From: the human T2T-CHM13v2.0 reference genome, Homo sapiens
Length of the DNA stretch: 64,000 bases
NCBI RefSeq assembly: GCF_009914755.1
Contig: NC_060930.1
Direction: 5' to 3' (one strand)
Shown here: one piece after another, positions 1-13,516 of the stretch
How positions within the stretch are numbered: the first letter of the stretch is position 1
Layout of the letters: each line of letters starts with the position of its first letter
Translations under genes and position numbers: made by a program
The notes under the pieces: model-generated
What the model was told of the DNA's origin: nothing
What the model saw: the letters and a program-made list of their open reading frames with translations, nothing else
Database searches by the model: none

Positions 1-341
1 ACCAATGAAAGGTGCTTTAATAAGTGGATTACTCCCATGGGCAACAGGGACTGAAACCTACTAGGGACACTTTGAGAAACCATATGCAACACACTCAGAA
101 TCAGTCTACAAAGATTGGCAAGCTGAGGCATTGATATATTTGTTAGTATCTCCTTTCTTTGGAGGTTGCTTCAGGTTTATTAACTCCAGAAAATGGCTAC
201 TTGTGGCTGAGCAGAATGATAAGAGAGGTGATACATTTGAGATGTAAACTTGTCAGAGGGCTGAAAATTCTATGTGACCATTACCAAAGCACACAAGTGG
301 GATGAGGGGTAAGGGATGGAGCATTGGCAGCATCAGCTACA
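1..341 (-). mobile_element. ERVL LTR16/LTR33-like solo LTR, cut by the window edge
   Basis: Ends ...GGCAGCATCAGCTACA (reverse complement TGTAGCTGATGCTG, an LTR16/33-type start); internal TTACTCCCATGGGCAAC...GGGACACTTTGAGAAAC resembles LTR16 antisense. Confidence 0.65.
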
Positions 342-934
342 CTGAGTTTACCATGTCTGTATTTCAATATACTGTTCTTGTGAATATGTGCCATATATTT
401 AGGATTGTTATTCTTTTGCTTTCTTTCAACTAGGAATCACAAAGTATCTAGATATATAAGATAGACAATACCTCTAAAGCTTTTTTCAATCTCTGTGTCA
501 TAGTTCTGTTAAGCAACCAAAGCATGTGGGCCATTCTACTTTGAAGGTCTGCTGGAATGTGTATTTCTCCTTGGAAAGAATAAATATTGAGGCACAAAGA
601 GGCTTGAAATGTGGAAGAGGAATGTGCTACCATAGCAGCCTCACTCTGAGGGTGGCCTAAATTGACTTGGCATTTTGGCTCATAGCTTTGAAAATTCCCT
701 TTATTTCTACCCCAAATTCAAGTTGTCGGATGTCAGTACCCATTTATGTATATAGCGTTTTGTTTTCACTTTCCAGTTCTCCCTCATTCTACTTGTAATA
801 AATCAACCTAGAAATATTTTTGACCTTTCCTGTGTCCTATCATTATTCTTTTAGTTAAGATTTTTGAAAAAAAAAATGAAAGAAGGAAAAAAAAATAGTA
901 GTTTACTGTTCTTCACCAAGCAGTCACACCTCAG

Positions 935-1330
935 CACATAAAAATCTGGCTTCCATTTCCACCACTTCCCAAGGAATGTTCTCATCATATTCAATAAACT
1001 CATAAAGCCAAGTTTAATCAGCACTTTTTGTTTTTTTCTGTTGGGAATTACTGATTGCTCTTCTGAGATCGAGACTATTATGTGCTACATAATGAACATT
1101 CTCTATTTGTACAATGTGCAGTGCTCAAATTAAAAGCTAAGTTTATCATCTCCCAAACTAGCCATACCTCCTTATCCTGCCCAAAATTTGTCCTTTGTAT
1201 TAGGTGTTTTGCCTTGGTGACTAGCATCACCATCTACCTACAACCTAAGTCAAAAAGTTGGAGTCATTTCAGACAATTATCCAACAGTTATTTTCTCCTT
1301 TCAAGGCTACACAGTAAATCATAAAACACT
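935..1330 (+). mobile_element. Degraded L2 LINE fragments
   Basis: AATCTGGCTTCCATTTCCACCAC and GCATCACCATCTACCTA...AAAAGTTGGAGTCATT resemble the L2 3' region. Confidence 0.55.
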
Positions 1331-1494
1331 ATTTCTTTGACACTGGACCTATTTAATCTTGGAAATTTCTGGTTTCCTTCAAGTTCTTCCTGAACTTTTC
1401 CTGGTATTTCCAGTGAGTGTCTCACAGTTATTTCAAGAACTTGACACTCCTTTGAGATCAATCTGTTATTAGCTTCTTATTCCCCTCAGTGCAA

Positions 1495-3138
1495 TTGAGG
1501 TTTAATAGATAAATGAAAATTATATATATTTACATGGTATAAAATGATGTTTTGATTTACATTGTTAAATGATTACCACAAGCTAACTAAGATATCCATC
1601 ATCTCAGGTAGTTACTGTTTGTTGTTGTTTTTTTTTTGTGTGTGCTGAGAACATTTAAGATCTACTCCCTTAGGAAATTCCAAGTATACAATGCAGTATT
1701 ATTAAGTACAGTCACTATGATTTATATTACATCTCCAGCACTAACTCATCCTGAAAAACTGAAACTTTCTACCCTTTGACCAACATTTCTCCAATCCCCA
1801 CACCCACCAGCCCCTGGCAAACACCATTCTACTCTCTGCTTTTATGAATTTGATTTTTACATTCCACATATAAGTGGGATCATGTGATGTTTGTCTTTTT
1901 GTGCCTAGCTTATTTCTCTTAGCATAAGGTCCTCCAGATTTATCCATATTGTCGCAAATGAAAAGATTTCTTCTATCTTTAAGGCTGGATAATGTTGTTA
2001 TCCAAATTCATCTGTCAATGGACACAGGCTGATGTCATATTTTGGCTATTGTGAAGAACGCTACAATGCACATGTGAGTGCAGATATCTCTTCAATATAC
2101 CAATGTTATTTTCTTTGGATATATACTTAAAAATGGGATTACTGGATCACACCATAGCTCCATTTTAATTTTTTGAAGAACCTATATACTCTTTCCCATA
2201 ATGGTTGTACCAATTTACCTTACCACTAATAGTTATGCCAGTGCTCCCTTTTCTCCACTTCCTTGCCGACAGTTATTGTTCATCTTTTTGATAGTAGTCA
2301 TTTTAACAGGTGTCAGCTGATAACTCATTGTGCTTTTGATTTGCATTCCGTGCTGATTAGTGACGTTAGCATTTTTTTCCATATATCTGTTGACTATTCT
2401 GTATAATGTCTTTTGAGAATATCTATTTAGGTCCTTTGCCCATTTAAAAAACTGGGTTATTTGTTTTCTTGCTATTGAGTTGAGCTTCTTAATATATTTT
2501 AGATGTTAACATCTTGCAAATATTTTTTCCCACTCTATAGGCCATTTTTTCACTCTATTGTCTCCTTTGCCATGCAAAAACTTTTTAGTTTGATGCTATC
2601 CTATTTGCCTATTTTTGCTTATGTTGCCTGTGTTTTTGAAGTCATATTCAAAAAAATCATTGCACATATTAAGTAGCATAGTTTTTCACGCTGTTTTCTT
2701 TTTAGCAGATTTATAGTTTCAGGTCTTTGATTCATTTTGAGTTGATTTTTGCATATAGTGTGAGATAATGATTGAAAATCATCCTTCCAAGGGACAAGAT
2801 CTGGTTTTCCCAACAACACTTATAGAAGAGACTATCCTTTCTGCATTGTATATCCTTGGCAACTTTGTTGAAGATAAATTTACCATAAATGCATGGACTT
2901 ATTTCTGGGTTCTGTTATGTTTCATTGGTCTGTAGGTCATTTTTTATGCCAATACCATACTTTTTTGATCACTATAGCTTTGTAGGATAGTTTGAAATCA
3001 AGTAGTGTGATGCACTCAGCTATGTTCTACTTGCTCAAGTTTGCATTTGGGATCTTTTATGGTTCTATATAAGTTTTAGAGTCATTTTTCTATTTCTGTG
3101 AATAAAGGCACTGGAATTTACATAGGGATTACACTGAC
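1495..3138 (-). mobile_element. L1MA-type LINE-1 3' UTR and ORF2 C-terminal region
   Basis: GAGAACATTTAAGATCTACTC, CCAGCCCCTGGCAAACACCATTCTACTCTCTG and TTCCACATATAAGTGGGATCATG are typical antisense L1MA 3' end; ORFs 1741-1947 and 2619-2819 (-) translate as decayed L1. Confidence 0.9.
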
Positions 3139-3149
3139 TGGGCTTAGTA

Positions 3150-3537
3150 TCATTGGATAAGGAGTTAACATCTAAAATATATTAAGAAACTCGATAGCAA
3201 AAAAAAAAAAAAACAAAAAACCCAGTTTTTTAAAATGGGGAAAGGACCTAAATAGACACATCTCAAAAGACATTATATAGAATAGCCAACAGATATATGA
3301 AAAAATGCTTAACATCACTAATCAGCATGGAATGCAATTAAAAATTACAGTGAGTTATCACCTCACATGTGTTAGAATGACTACTATCAAAAAGATGAAA
3401 GATAATTGTTGGCAAGGAAGTGGAGAGAAGTGAACACTGGCATACTATTGGTGATAATGTAAATTGTTGCAACCATTATGGGAAACAGTATGTAGATTCT
3501 GGAAAACAATAGAATAGAGCTATGATATGATCCAGTA
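3150..3537 (+). mobile_element. L1 ORF2 3' fragment in inverted orientation, matching 2140-2510
   Basis: GGACCTAAATAGACACATCTCAAAAGA...AACATCACTAATCAG...GATCCAGTA is sense L1 ORF2 end and reverse-complements 2140-2510. Confidence 0.9.
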
Positions 3538-3569
3538 GTAGTGTCTTAGTATCGTAGTAGTATGGACTT

Positions 3570-5300
3570 ATAAAACTCCTTTTAAGGTTTCCTGTAAGGC
3601 AGGTCTAGGGGTAATAAACTATCTCAGGTTCTGGTTTATCTGGAAAAGTCCTTATTTCTTGTGTATTTCTGAAAATCAGACTCACTGGGTATAAATTTTT
3701 ATTGGCCATTTTTTTTCTTTCAGCACTTTGGATATATTATCCCACTCTCTCCTAGTGTACAAGGTTTCTGCTGAGTTCCCTTTTATGTGATGAATTGCTT
3801 TTCTCTTGCTGCTTTTAAAATTATTTTTCTTTGATTTCCAAGAATTTTATTACAATTTTTTTTGATAAAGATCTTCACACATTCAGTCTATTTGGGGTTC
3901 TTTGGGCTTCATGGATCTAGGAGTTCAGTTTCCTCTCTAGATTTGGGAAGATGACATTATGTCTTTAAGTAAGCTCTCTGTGCCTTTCTCCTTCACTGTT
4001 CCTTCTGAAATTTCCATAATCCATGTGCTAGTTTTCTTGATGGTGTCTCAAAGCCATAAGCCTTTCTTCAATGTTTTTCACTCATTTTTATTTTTGTTCC
4101 TCTGACTGGGTACATTAAATAACCTGTATTTGAGCTTGCTGATTCTTTCTTCTGTTTAATTGAATCTGCTGTCGAAGCCCTCTGTGGAATTTTTCAGTGC
4201 TGTCAATGTATTCTTTAGCACCAGAATTTCTGTTAGGTTCTTCTTAATGGTTTCTGTTTCTGTTTTGAACTTCTCATTTGTTCATTTATTTATTTCCTGA
4301 TTTTATTTAGTTGTCTATCTTTTGTAGCTCACTGAGAAAATAATTTTGAATTTCTTTGGCAGGCAATTTGTAGATCTTCATTTCTTTGGGATTGGTTATT
4401 GATGCTTTATTTTGTTCCTTTGGTGGTGTCATATTTCCCTGATTATTTTTGATCCTTGAATTGCCCTTTCGAAGTAGACACCTCTTCCAGTCTTTACATA
4501 CTGGCTTTAACAGGAAAAGCACTTCAGCACTCAATCTGCTTAGATATTCTAGGCAGGGCATCCAGTGTAGTCCTCAGATCAGTTGTTCGTGTGTGTGGGT
4601 CTGTGAGAGCAGGCCTGAAGCCTGGGTCCACATGGGCCAACCTGACACATAGGTGGGCTTTGAACCCCAGTCTAGGGCTGCCAGCCTGGGGTTGGGGTGA
4701 ACCTGGATTCTGGGTCTTTGGAAATGGATCTGGTCCTGAGTCTGTGGCAGTTGACCTGGTCCTGGCATTCACTGGGGTGGGCCTGGCATCTGGGTCAATG
4801 GGGGAACATGTGGATCCTGGGTCCATGGGGTGGGCTTAGAGCCTGGTTCCATTTGAGCCTGCCTTATCCTGTGGTTGGCTTAAAGGCTGGGCTTGTGGGT
4901 TGGCCCGATGCTAGGGCAGGCCTAGATTCTGTGTCCACAGGGGCCAGCCTGGAACCTGGGGCCACAGAGGCCAGCCTTGCACCAGGATCCACTGGGGCAA
5001 GTCTGGTGCTAGGGTCTGAGGCAAAGTTGTGTGCTCACTCTACTCCCTCCTTCCCTCTACAGAGTGTATCTCTCCTCCCTCTCTGTTTCCCAGGCTTAGG
5101 GGAGGAGTGACATAGGTAATGAAAAGCTATCCTTGCTACCTTCTTCAACTCTTCATTTTTAAAAATTTCTGTCTTCCATCCAGATGCTGTAATTTCTCAT
5201 CTGGATTCTTTAGCTCTTATAAAAGCATTTTTTTTGCATGAATAGTTGTTTTAAATTGATGTTTCCAAGAGAGGATAGGAGCTGAAAACTTCTGTTCCAT
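3570..5300 (-). mobile_element. L1M 5' UTR and ORF1 region
   Basis: ORF 4307-4561 (-) contains NQGNMTPPKEQNK...PKEMKIYKLP, like the L1 ORF1p N-terminus; GC-rich GGGCCAGCCTGG-type repeats at 4550-5030 resemble an old L1 5' UTR. Confidence 0.85.
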
Positions 5301-5303
5301 CGT

Positions 5304-5714
5304 TGCCTTAGTATATTTTGAGCTGTTATAACAGAATGCCACAGACTGGATGATTTATAATGAACAGAATTTTTTTTGGCCCACAGTTCTGGAGGTCAGT
5401 AAGTCCAATATCAAGGTGCCAGCATCAGGTGAGTGCCTTCTTGCTCCATCATAACGTGGCATAAAGCATCATGACAAAAGGGCAAAGTGAGAGAGAGAGA
5501 GAGAGAGAGATAAAAGGGGACTGAATTCATTCTTTTATAAGAAAGCCATTCCCATGATAATAAATCCACTCCATGCAATAATGGCATTAATCCACTTATG
5601 AGGGCCAAGCCTCATGGCCTGATCACCTCTTAAAGGTACTACCTTTTAATACTGTTACAAATGGCAATTAAATTTCAGGTGAGTTTGGGAGAGGACAAAC
5701 ATTCAAACCATAGT
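5304..5714 (-). mobile_element. MST-family (MSTB-like) ERVL-MaLR solo LTR with internal (GA)n
   Basis: Ends GGAGAGGACAAACATTCAAACCATAG (reverse complement of the MST start); CACAGTTCTGGAGG...ATCAAGGTGCCAGCATC. Confidence 0.85.
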
Positions 5715-7324
5715 GGCTATTTTGCTGATGTCAGCTGGCGTCTTTTCCTTATATCTTCAATTGCTTCTGACATTAATAGTAAATTATGCCAGCAATATCA
5801 TATTACAGAAGTCCCCCAGAGCCACTGCTACTGCCTTATAAAAATGTTCTACTACTGATGTTCTGATGTTCTACTACTTCTGATGTTCATGTTATTTGCA
5901 TTAAGATGGTGGAAACCCAAAACAAAATGTACTAAGAATGCTGGTGCTTGGTGTCTAGGACACTAGAGATACCATGATTGCTGTTAAAGTTCATTATTGC
6001 CACTGCATGCCTGATGATTGCTGTATAAGCAAAGTCTTTCAAGTTATTAATTCTCGTTAAAATGTTTCCTGATTATTTATTTAATTAGACCTTTGACAGA
6101 CTTAGGAGAACCTATCTTTCAAATAAGCCCAGATACAGCTGAATCCTAGGACAAACAGAACTTAGGCTTAAGGTTGAACCTCTGCTACATTTTTTTTTCT
6201 AGTAAAATACTTGAAATTTCTTTATGTGCCATACCTGAGAATCCCAACTTGGAATAATAGAAATATAAAAGTTTTTTGACTTGGGCCGCTCCACCATTTC
6301 TTCTGGGACAGACTCTCAGACACAGAGACAGGCTACAGATGTGGGGCACCTTCTGGTACACTAGGGAAGTAGAAGGAAATCAATACCCTGGCAGTATTTC
6401 ATGTACCTCCCACAACTGGTAATGACAGATTATTTCCAGGAGGGAGAGTTTTGACTTACATCACCTACACCTCTTGTAGCCAGCAGTGAGACCTCCACTC
6501 ACCACTGAGAACTTACTTGAAGAAGTAGCATGTGCAGAAGATACTATCCATGTCTTGCATCCTATACATATGGGATGACTTAGCTGCTCAGGCTAGGCTG
6601 TCAGTCATTATTTTCCAATCATTTTATGCACCAGTCCGTGCTAGGTTTCCTGAGAGATCAGACACAGTTTTAGAGCCTAAATGAACTTTTCTCCTCACCT
6701 TTATACTCACCAGTTGGTCCAGGCATGAGGAGATTACAGTTCCTAGGGATTATTCTGTTGGATTCACTTTGTAATATGTTACACTAACTAATTGGACAGA
6801 GCCCAAATAATCTTCCTCTAGCTGGGGAATAACTGCCTATTACTGACGTTGATAATCTTCTGCCATCTCCCACAGGCATTATGGCCAGCACACTTCCTGT
6901 GAATTTGTACCACCACCCCTTATCTCATCTATGCTTCTGCTCACAGCACTGCACTGGAGCCAGGGGATGGATACCTGGCACTTGTATGTCCTATGAAGAA
7001 AGAGAGGAGGATACATTGCTTCCCTATGTATCCTTAAGGGATAGACCAGAGGAAAAGTTAAGTAATAGATAAACAATCAATAATACCTAATTGGTTTCCC
7101 AATCAATTAGCACTTACTGTGTTGGATTTGTTCACTTTCAGCCATAGTTACACCTTGAATTTCTGTATTTCCAAAGTGGGCTCTTTTTTTTCTAAGGAAT
7201 TTCCTCAATTTTTTCATGTAAGTAGGCTTCTGAGGAGTCTATTTCACTGATTTTTGTGATATATTTAATCATTCCAGGGCTACAAAATTTAAGCTGAATT
7301 TAAATTATTCATAATATAACAATC

Positions 7325-7560
7325 TCTCTTCCTCTGTCTCTCTTTCTTTCTATATCTTTCATTACATATATGTAATAAAATATTTTCATTATATATCTGT
7401 ATATCTTTTATAGAAATCTTTTCATTATATATTTCATATATATTCATGTATCTTTCATACATTATATATATTCACATATATATCTTTCATATATATTCAT
7501 ATATGTTTCATATATTATGCATATTCATATATATCTTTCATATTTCTATATTTTTTTTAT
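7325..7560. repeat. Low-complexity AT-rich (TATATC/TTCATA) simple repeat
   Basis: Degenerate TATATCTTTCATA units. Confidence 0.85.
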
Positions 7561-7609
7561 TACATTTCTAGTCTCACTCCTCAAGTCCTCAAGGTCAGAT
7601 ACTAATTCC

Positions 7610-7895
7610 TAGAGCATGGTGATGAAATTCCAGGCTAGATAGACCTAAGTTCAAATCATAGTTCAGCTGCTTACTAATTATGTGGGCCTTGACAAGTTAC
7701 TTATCTTTTTTAAGTTGACTAATATTTAAAGTAAAGATAAGAACTTTTTTAAGTTGACTAATATTTAAAGTAAAAATAAGAACACGACCTGACTTGTAGG
7801 GTGGTAGTGGAACTGAGTAAGCTAATGCATATAAAATCATTAAGAATAGAATCCAGCATATAATGTGTGCTTCATAAATGTTAGTTACTGTGATT
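7610..7895 (+). mobile_element. MIR SINE with an internal 39-bp tandem duplication
   Basis: AGACCTAAGTTCAAATC...TGGGCCTTGACAAGTTACTTA core and ATAAATGTTAGTTA tail. Confidence 0.75.
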
Positions 7896-7904
7896 GTTGT
7901 TATT

Positions 7905-8562
7905 TTTGCCTGGATTATAGCAGAATTGTCTTAACAGGTCTCCTAATGTTTATTTGGAGCTCTTCTAGTTCATTCTCCACACTGCTGTCAGAGTAATCTT
8001 TCCAAAAATTAACTGTGATTGTGCCATTCCTCTGCTTAAAACCAATTGATTTTCATAGTTTTTATCGTAATATTTAGATGCCTTAGCCTGGCATGCAGGC
8101 CCGTTGTAATCTCCTGCTGTCTCTTTAGTTTTGTCTCCTACCGGTCTTCCCCAAATTTTCATTGCTCTTAACATAAACAAATACTTAAATTTTTCTGAAA
8201 GCAGCATGCTCTTTTGTTTCTCCTGGATGTTGTGTATATTAACTCCTATTCATAGAACACCTTTGTCCTCATTTTCCTCTGTTTAATTTCTACTCATTTT
8301 TCAAAACCCTGTAAAAGTATCACAGCCCCTAAGAAATCCTCTAATTCCCTGAATTTGACTGAGGGGACCTCATTCTCTGCTTTGCTAGGCACTTGTCCAC
8401 AGTCTGTCTTAACACTTTTCATATGGTGCAATTATCTCTTTCCTATCCGTGGACCCTTTTATATTGAAAGTTCTCCAAGGACAAACAGCATGTGTTATCT
8501 TATGTCTTCAATGCTTATAAGCTGCCTTGGAAACAATAGGTACATGTTTGCTGAATAAATGT
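7905..8562 (+). mobile_element. L2 LINE 3' end
   Basis: TTCTCCACACTGCTGTCAGAGTAATCTTTC...CCTCTGCTTAAAACC; terminal ATGTTTGCTGAATAAATG. Confidence 0.75.
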
Positions 8563-9074
8563 CTGGTAGAAGAAGTGAGTGTATGAATGGACAACAAAAT
8601 ATGAGTGGGAGGAGAGGCACAGTGATAGACAAAGGAAGGCCAAAAGCTTTCCCTTCCTAGTTGAATTCCATTTTGCACTGCTAGGAGGGTGATGTGGAAC
8701 TTGGAGAAAAGCTCTTGTCAGGGCTTTTCTAGGATCTTGGGAAGTATATGAGAAAAGCAGTTTGGGATTCTCAGACATTGCTGGGATAGGTTTGTATTTG
8801 GGTTGAGCTGTGGAAAGTATTTAATGGTCTGAAATTGCCCTTTCCTCAGGCTATGGTAAATAGCTGGGTTACTTATTTGTACTCAAGAACTCCTTAGAAC
8901 AAATCTCAAATATCTAATATGTTGACATTTCTGTAATTTTATTTCATTCTGTAAGCTTTGTGGGGTCATAGATTCTCTCTCTTTTTTGTCCCTATGGCAA
9001 GTAAATGACTATGATGGCCTAATACATTTTTATTTATAAAATGATAGCCACATTACATAATATAGTGGTAGTGA

Positions 9075-9442
<368 letters not shown>

Positions 9443-10514
9443 TGAAAAGAGACTTTAAATTCATATTTGTGTTAAGGTTGTTTAGATAATCCAGTATTGT
9501 TTTTCTTTCAACAAAATGTTCTCATAGTGCATAGCTTATTAATAAAAGTGCAAACAAGTACTAGAGACTGTGTAATTCAGTAGGTAAAATTCTTTATCTC
9601 TATTAAGTAAATGTGGTTTTAAAGCCTTTATTAGATGCAGAATTTCCCATGGTCATATTTGACCTAATAACCACATTTAAAAAAATAACTTTAAGACTCT
9701 CCAATAATAAAAAATAATTTTCTATATGGCAGTATTATCTGAAAGGACTTAAACTATTTTATGCCTTCACAATAAATATACTGTAGTATTTCACAGTCTC
9801 TTCTGGTGAAATTCAATTATTGGGTTTTTAATAAACTACATCATCAGTAAATTGGAAAAATGGTTTAAGGCAAAAAAATTTTGAAACAACTTCATAAACA
9901 TTTGAAACCATAAAATTTTAAACATTCAAAGCTTATAAATAGAATTTTACAGGAAGTCAATTTGGCTTCTTACACTTTTTAGAATGAGATATTTGTTGCT
10001 AGTCTTAATAACCATAAAAATATTTCAAATGACCTCTACTTTAAATTGGAATAATTTATGCTTATATAATGACATTAAATAATAAATCATGATGAATTCA
10101 GAGGACACTATATAGACAATTTCCAAATTACAGATGAGTTATTCTCCCAAAGTTCTTTTGTGTATTTATTGAAGGGGACTTGGGGAATGCAATAATTAAA
10201 GGAGTGGTTGAGTTCCCAGACCAACAAATAGAAGTTACTTCCAAAGGAAGTAGAGTACTAAATCTTATGACACTTAATTACCACCACCTCACCGGGAATA
10301 TGCATTAAGAATTTTGGCTGGGATTTCAGGAATACATCTTATTTTGTTGCAGTAGGAGTTAGAATTATTAATTCTAAATCACAGGCTTCGCATAGCTTCA
10401 GTAACCACATGTCTTGGATTTTTTGAATTGGCTCTAGTATCATGTGATGTTAGATCAACCACTGTATAGCTTGAGCTCCACAATATAGTGACCATGTTGG
10501 TTCAACATCCCAGC

Positions 10515-11040
10515 TTGTGCTCAGAATATAGCAAAGAATAAGACAGACATTATCCCCGCCTTCATAGACTCTTCTGTATAACGAAGGAGACACACAATTA
10601 AAATATATTTAATATGAAAAATTATTACCATTAAAACAAAATGTTACGAAGAGAATGAACAAGATACTAGGTAAGCAGAAAAGGGGAACTTACTATTGTT
10701 ATGGTTTGAACAGGTCAGGAGATATGTCCATGAAGTGGAGCCAACAGGAAGAACTGGAAGGAGTTATCTAGGCCAAAAGATCGGGGGTGGAGGCCACATA
10801 GCATCATTAAAGATGCTGAATAACAAGGTGCAGTATATCAGATGAAAGGAGAGATAATCAAGGTTACTGGATTACAGCAAACTAACAATGTGACAGTGGG
10901 TGAGACTGGAAAGGAAATCAGGGACCAGATGATAGAAGGCCTTTCTTGGATGCCTTACTAATGATATTGGACTGTATACAAAGGGCAATGGGAAGTCATT
11001 GGAGGGATTTAGCAGGGAAATGTCTTGATTAAATTCATAG
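10515..11040 (-). mobile_element. L2 LINE fragment
   Basis: GAATAAGACAGACATTATCCCCGCCTTCATAG and GGGAAGTCATTGGAGGGATTTAGCAGGG are antisense L2 hallmarks. Confidence 0.7.
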
Positions 11041-11295
11041 ACCATGTCAATTAATGCTGAACAGAACTGAATTGTCTGGAAAAAAGCAGCAGTAAAATCT
11101 AAAGGCAAATGCTACAGTGTGGGGAGTGCTCTCTGATTCCTTCAGGCCCCTAGCTGCCGCACAGCAGGAATTTTTGGCAGTAATGACTCTTTGCATCTAC
11201 TTTGGTTGGCAGTTCTTATGTGACAGCTGGCATGGCCAGCTTCATTTGTATGTGACCATTGCCTTTTAGCTGTCTAGTTCAACCATGTACTCAAG

Positions 11296-11400
11296 TAGGG
11301 TGGCCAACAATTCGAGCTTTTCCAGGACTGAGGGATTTCTAAGGATGTGGAACTTTCAGAGCTAAAATCAGCATAGTGGCAGACAAAGCAGGATGGCCAG
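11296..11400. mobile_element. MER81-like hAT (Blackjack) DNA transposon relic
   Basis: TAGGGTGGCCAAC...GGACTGAGGGATTTC...GGATGTGGAACTTTCAGAGCTAAAA. Confidence 0.7.
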
Positions 11401-12357
11401 CTGACAAACAAGAATCATTTTTACCTTACCTCTTGACAAGCAAGAATCATTTTTCTTTTACAGATTTTTTACAATTAGTCATTCAGCCTATTATGTAAAA
11501 TCCTGATGGTAGTAGGAAACATTTTTCATGATAGTTCATTCCATTATTACATTTATTTAAAAATTTATTTTTTGTTAATCATAAAATTAATTCAAACCGA
11601 GCACAAACCTTATAGGTAGAGAAGTAAGAATAATTTGAAATCAGTCCTATTCCATTTTTTCACATTTGATGAGCTCTAATTTCTGTAATTAAAATAATTT
11701 TTTGAGTCAAAATTTATTTCCTCATAGGTATAACACATTCATTGGTTTATTTCTCAGGCCATACAGAACAATGTCTCTGATATACCTGAGAGCTTCTCCC
11801 TTCAAGTATTTGACTAGAGGCATGTTGTTCTGTACTGGATCTCTGATCCTCCTCAGACCACCTTCACCTGGGAGCTTCAACCACACATAAAACAGTATAT
11901 ATGGTTGCTTTCTCTTATGTAGAATGTATCTGTGTGTATACATATTAATATATACAAATATGAATATACAGTTTCAAATTTATTCTTTTTCACGTCTAAG
12001 AATAGTAACCATATAAATAGACATGTTTTAGTAGAGTCTTCAATGTTTTTTAAAATATTAAAAAATAGATTTTTTTAAAGCTTCACTCTATTGCCAAATG
12101 TATATCTTAGTTTGTCTTTTAATTGGCAGACAATGTTATAGATGTTCTAAAGATATTTTGAATGACTGTAAGTCTATAGTTTCTGACCATGTAGTAAGGT
12201 ACCTGAGGTAGAATTTAGAATTACTGCCCATTTTAAGAGTGTGTACTTTAGTTTCCAGATATCAAAGTAAACACAAACTTCTTTTGTGGTTCATTCAAAT
12301 GAAAACATTTTGCACACCACGTATTCATTAAATTTCAGTTGTAAAAATAGGTCTTTA

Positions 12358-12678
12358 AGTTGGTTATGGTGGCTCACGCCTGTAATTCCAACACTTTGGG
12401 AGGTTAAGTGGAAGGATTGTTTGAGCTCTAGAGTTTGAGACTAGCCTAGGCAACATAATGAGACCCCATCTCTACAAAAAATTTAAAAAATTAGCCAGGT
12501 GTGGAGGTGTATGCCTGTAGTCCTAGCTACTTACGGGGCTGAGGTGGGAGGATGGCTTGAGATGGAGAAATCGAGGCTGCAGCAAGCTATTATTGTGCCA
12601 TTGCACTTCAGCCTGGGTGACAGAGCAATACTATGTCAAAAAAAGAAGAAAATAAAGAAAAGAAAAGAAAAGAAAAGA
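12358..12678 (+). mobile_element. AluJ with (GAAAA)n tail
   Basis: J-type GGATTGTTTGAGCTC and GAGGCTGCAG; flanks AGGTCTTTAAG / AGGTCCTTAAG are TSD-like. Confidence 0.95.
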
Positions 12679-13516
12679 AGGTCCTTAAGACACACTGTTA
12701 TGTGGAATTTGATTCCTTATTCCTTTTCTTCCTCCTGTGTGTATCACACCCTCACCTTTCATTAGCATTTTGAACAGAGAACAAGGATCAGAGCAGTCTT
12801 TTACTTTTTAGCAATACATTTTAAGTGGAGGAAGATAGAGCTAGTAGTTATAATTAGGATTCTAGATTATTCACACATTTTCTCTTTCCCTTTTGCATGA
12901 AAAATTGAAGGCTACTTAAATGTTAAAAAAAAAAAAAAAAAAAGCAGAGGGTATTATGTGAATTACTCCGGTACCGGTTTAATCATGGGTGCAAATTTCA
13001 GGTAGATAATCTAAGGCTCAATAAGCAGAATCATGACTTTGAGCCCCAGATGTTGATTTCACTTCGGAAATTATTCAGGGTTGTTTGGCTTCTCCCTTAA
13101 ATAAAAATTTCCTCATAATTACTTAATATTTGAGAAAGTTTTGAGCTATTTTGTAGAAAGGTCCTTTACATTATCATTTTTTGTTCTGAAGAAATCACCA
13201 AGTTTCGCAGAGATTATCTGAAGGAACTTACATGAAATCATTGGTGAAAAAAATAGTAAAGGGAACCATCTCATGCTATCGTTGAATCTTAAAGAATGTT
13301 TACTTAAAAACAATCAATTTAAAGCCGAGTACCATGAAGCTATACATGCAAAAAATGACTTGTTTGGGATTGTATGGCTAATAGTTATGAAATTGGAACT
13401 ATGACATGGGTAGGTTTTCCTAACTGCAATCTTAGTGTTCTGCTGGTTGCATTAACTACACAGATTTCCCCGACTTTGAGCAAGGTTGTCATTTAGGAAT
13501 TTGACTTCATTTAGGC

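Noticed and set aside
4449-5110. Cluster of overlapping 64-137 aa ORFs in GC-richer DNA
   Set aside because: Lies in the repetitive 5' UTR of an old L1; stop-poor by composition and with no recognisable protein.
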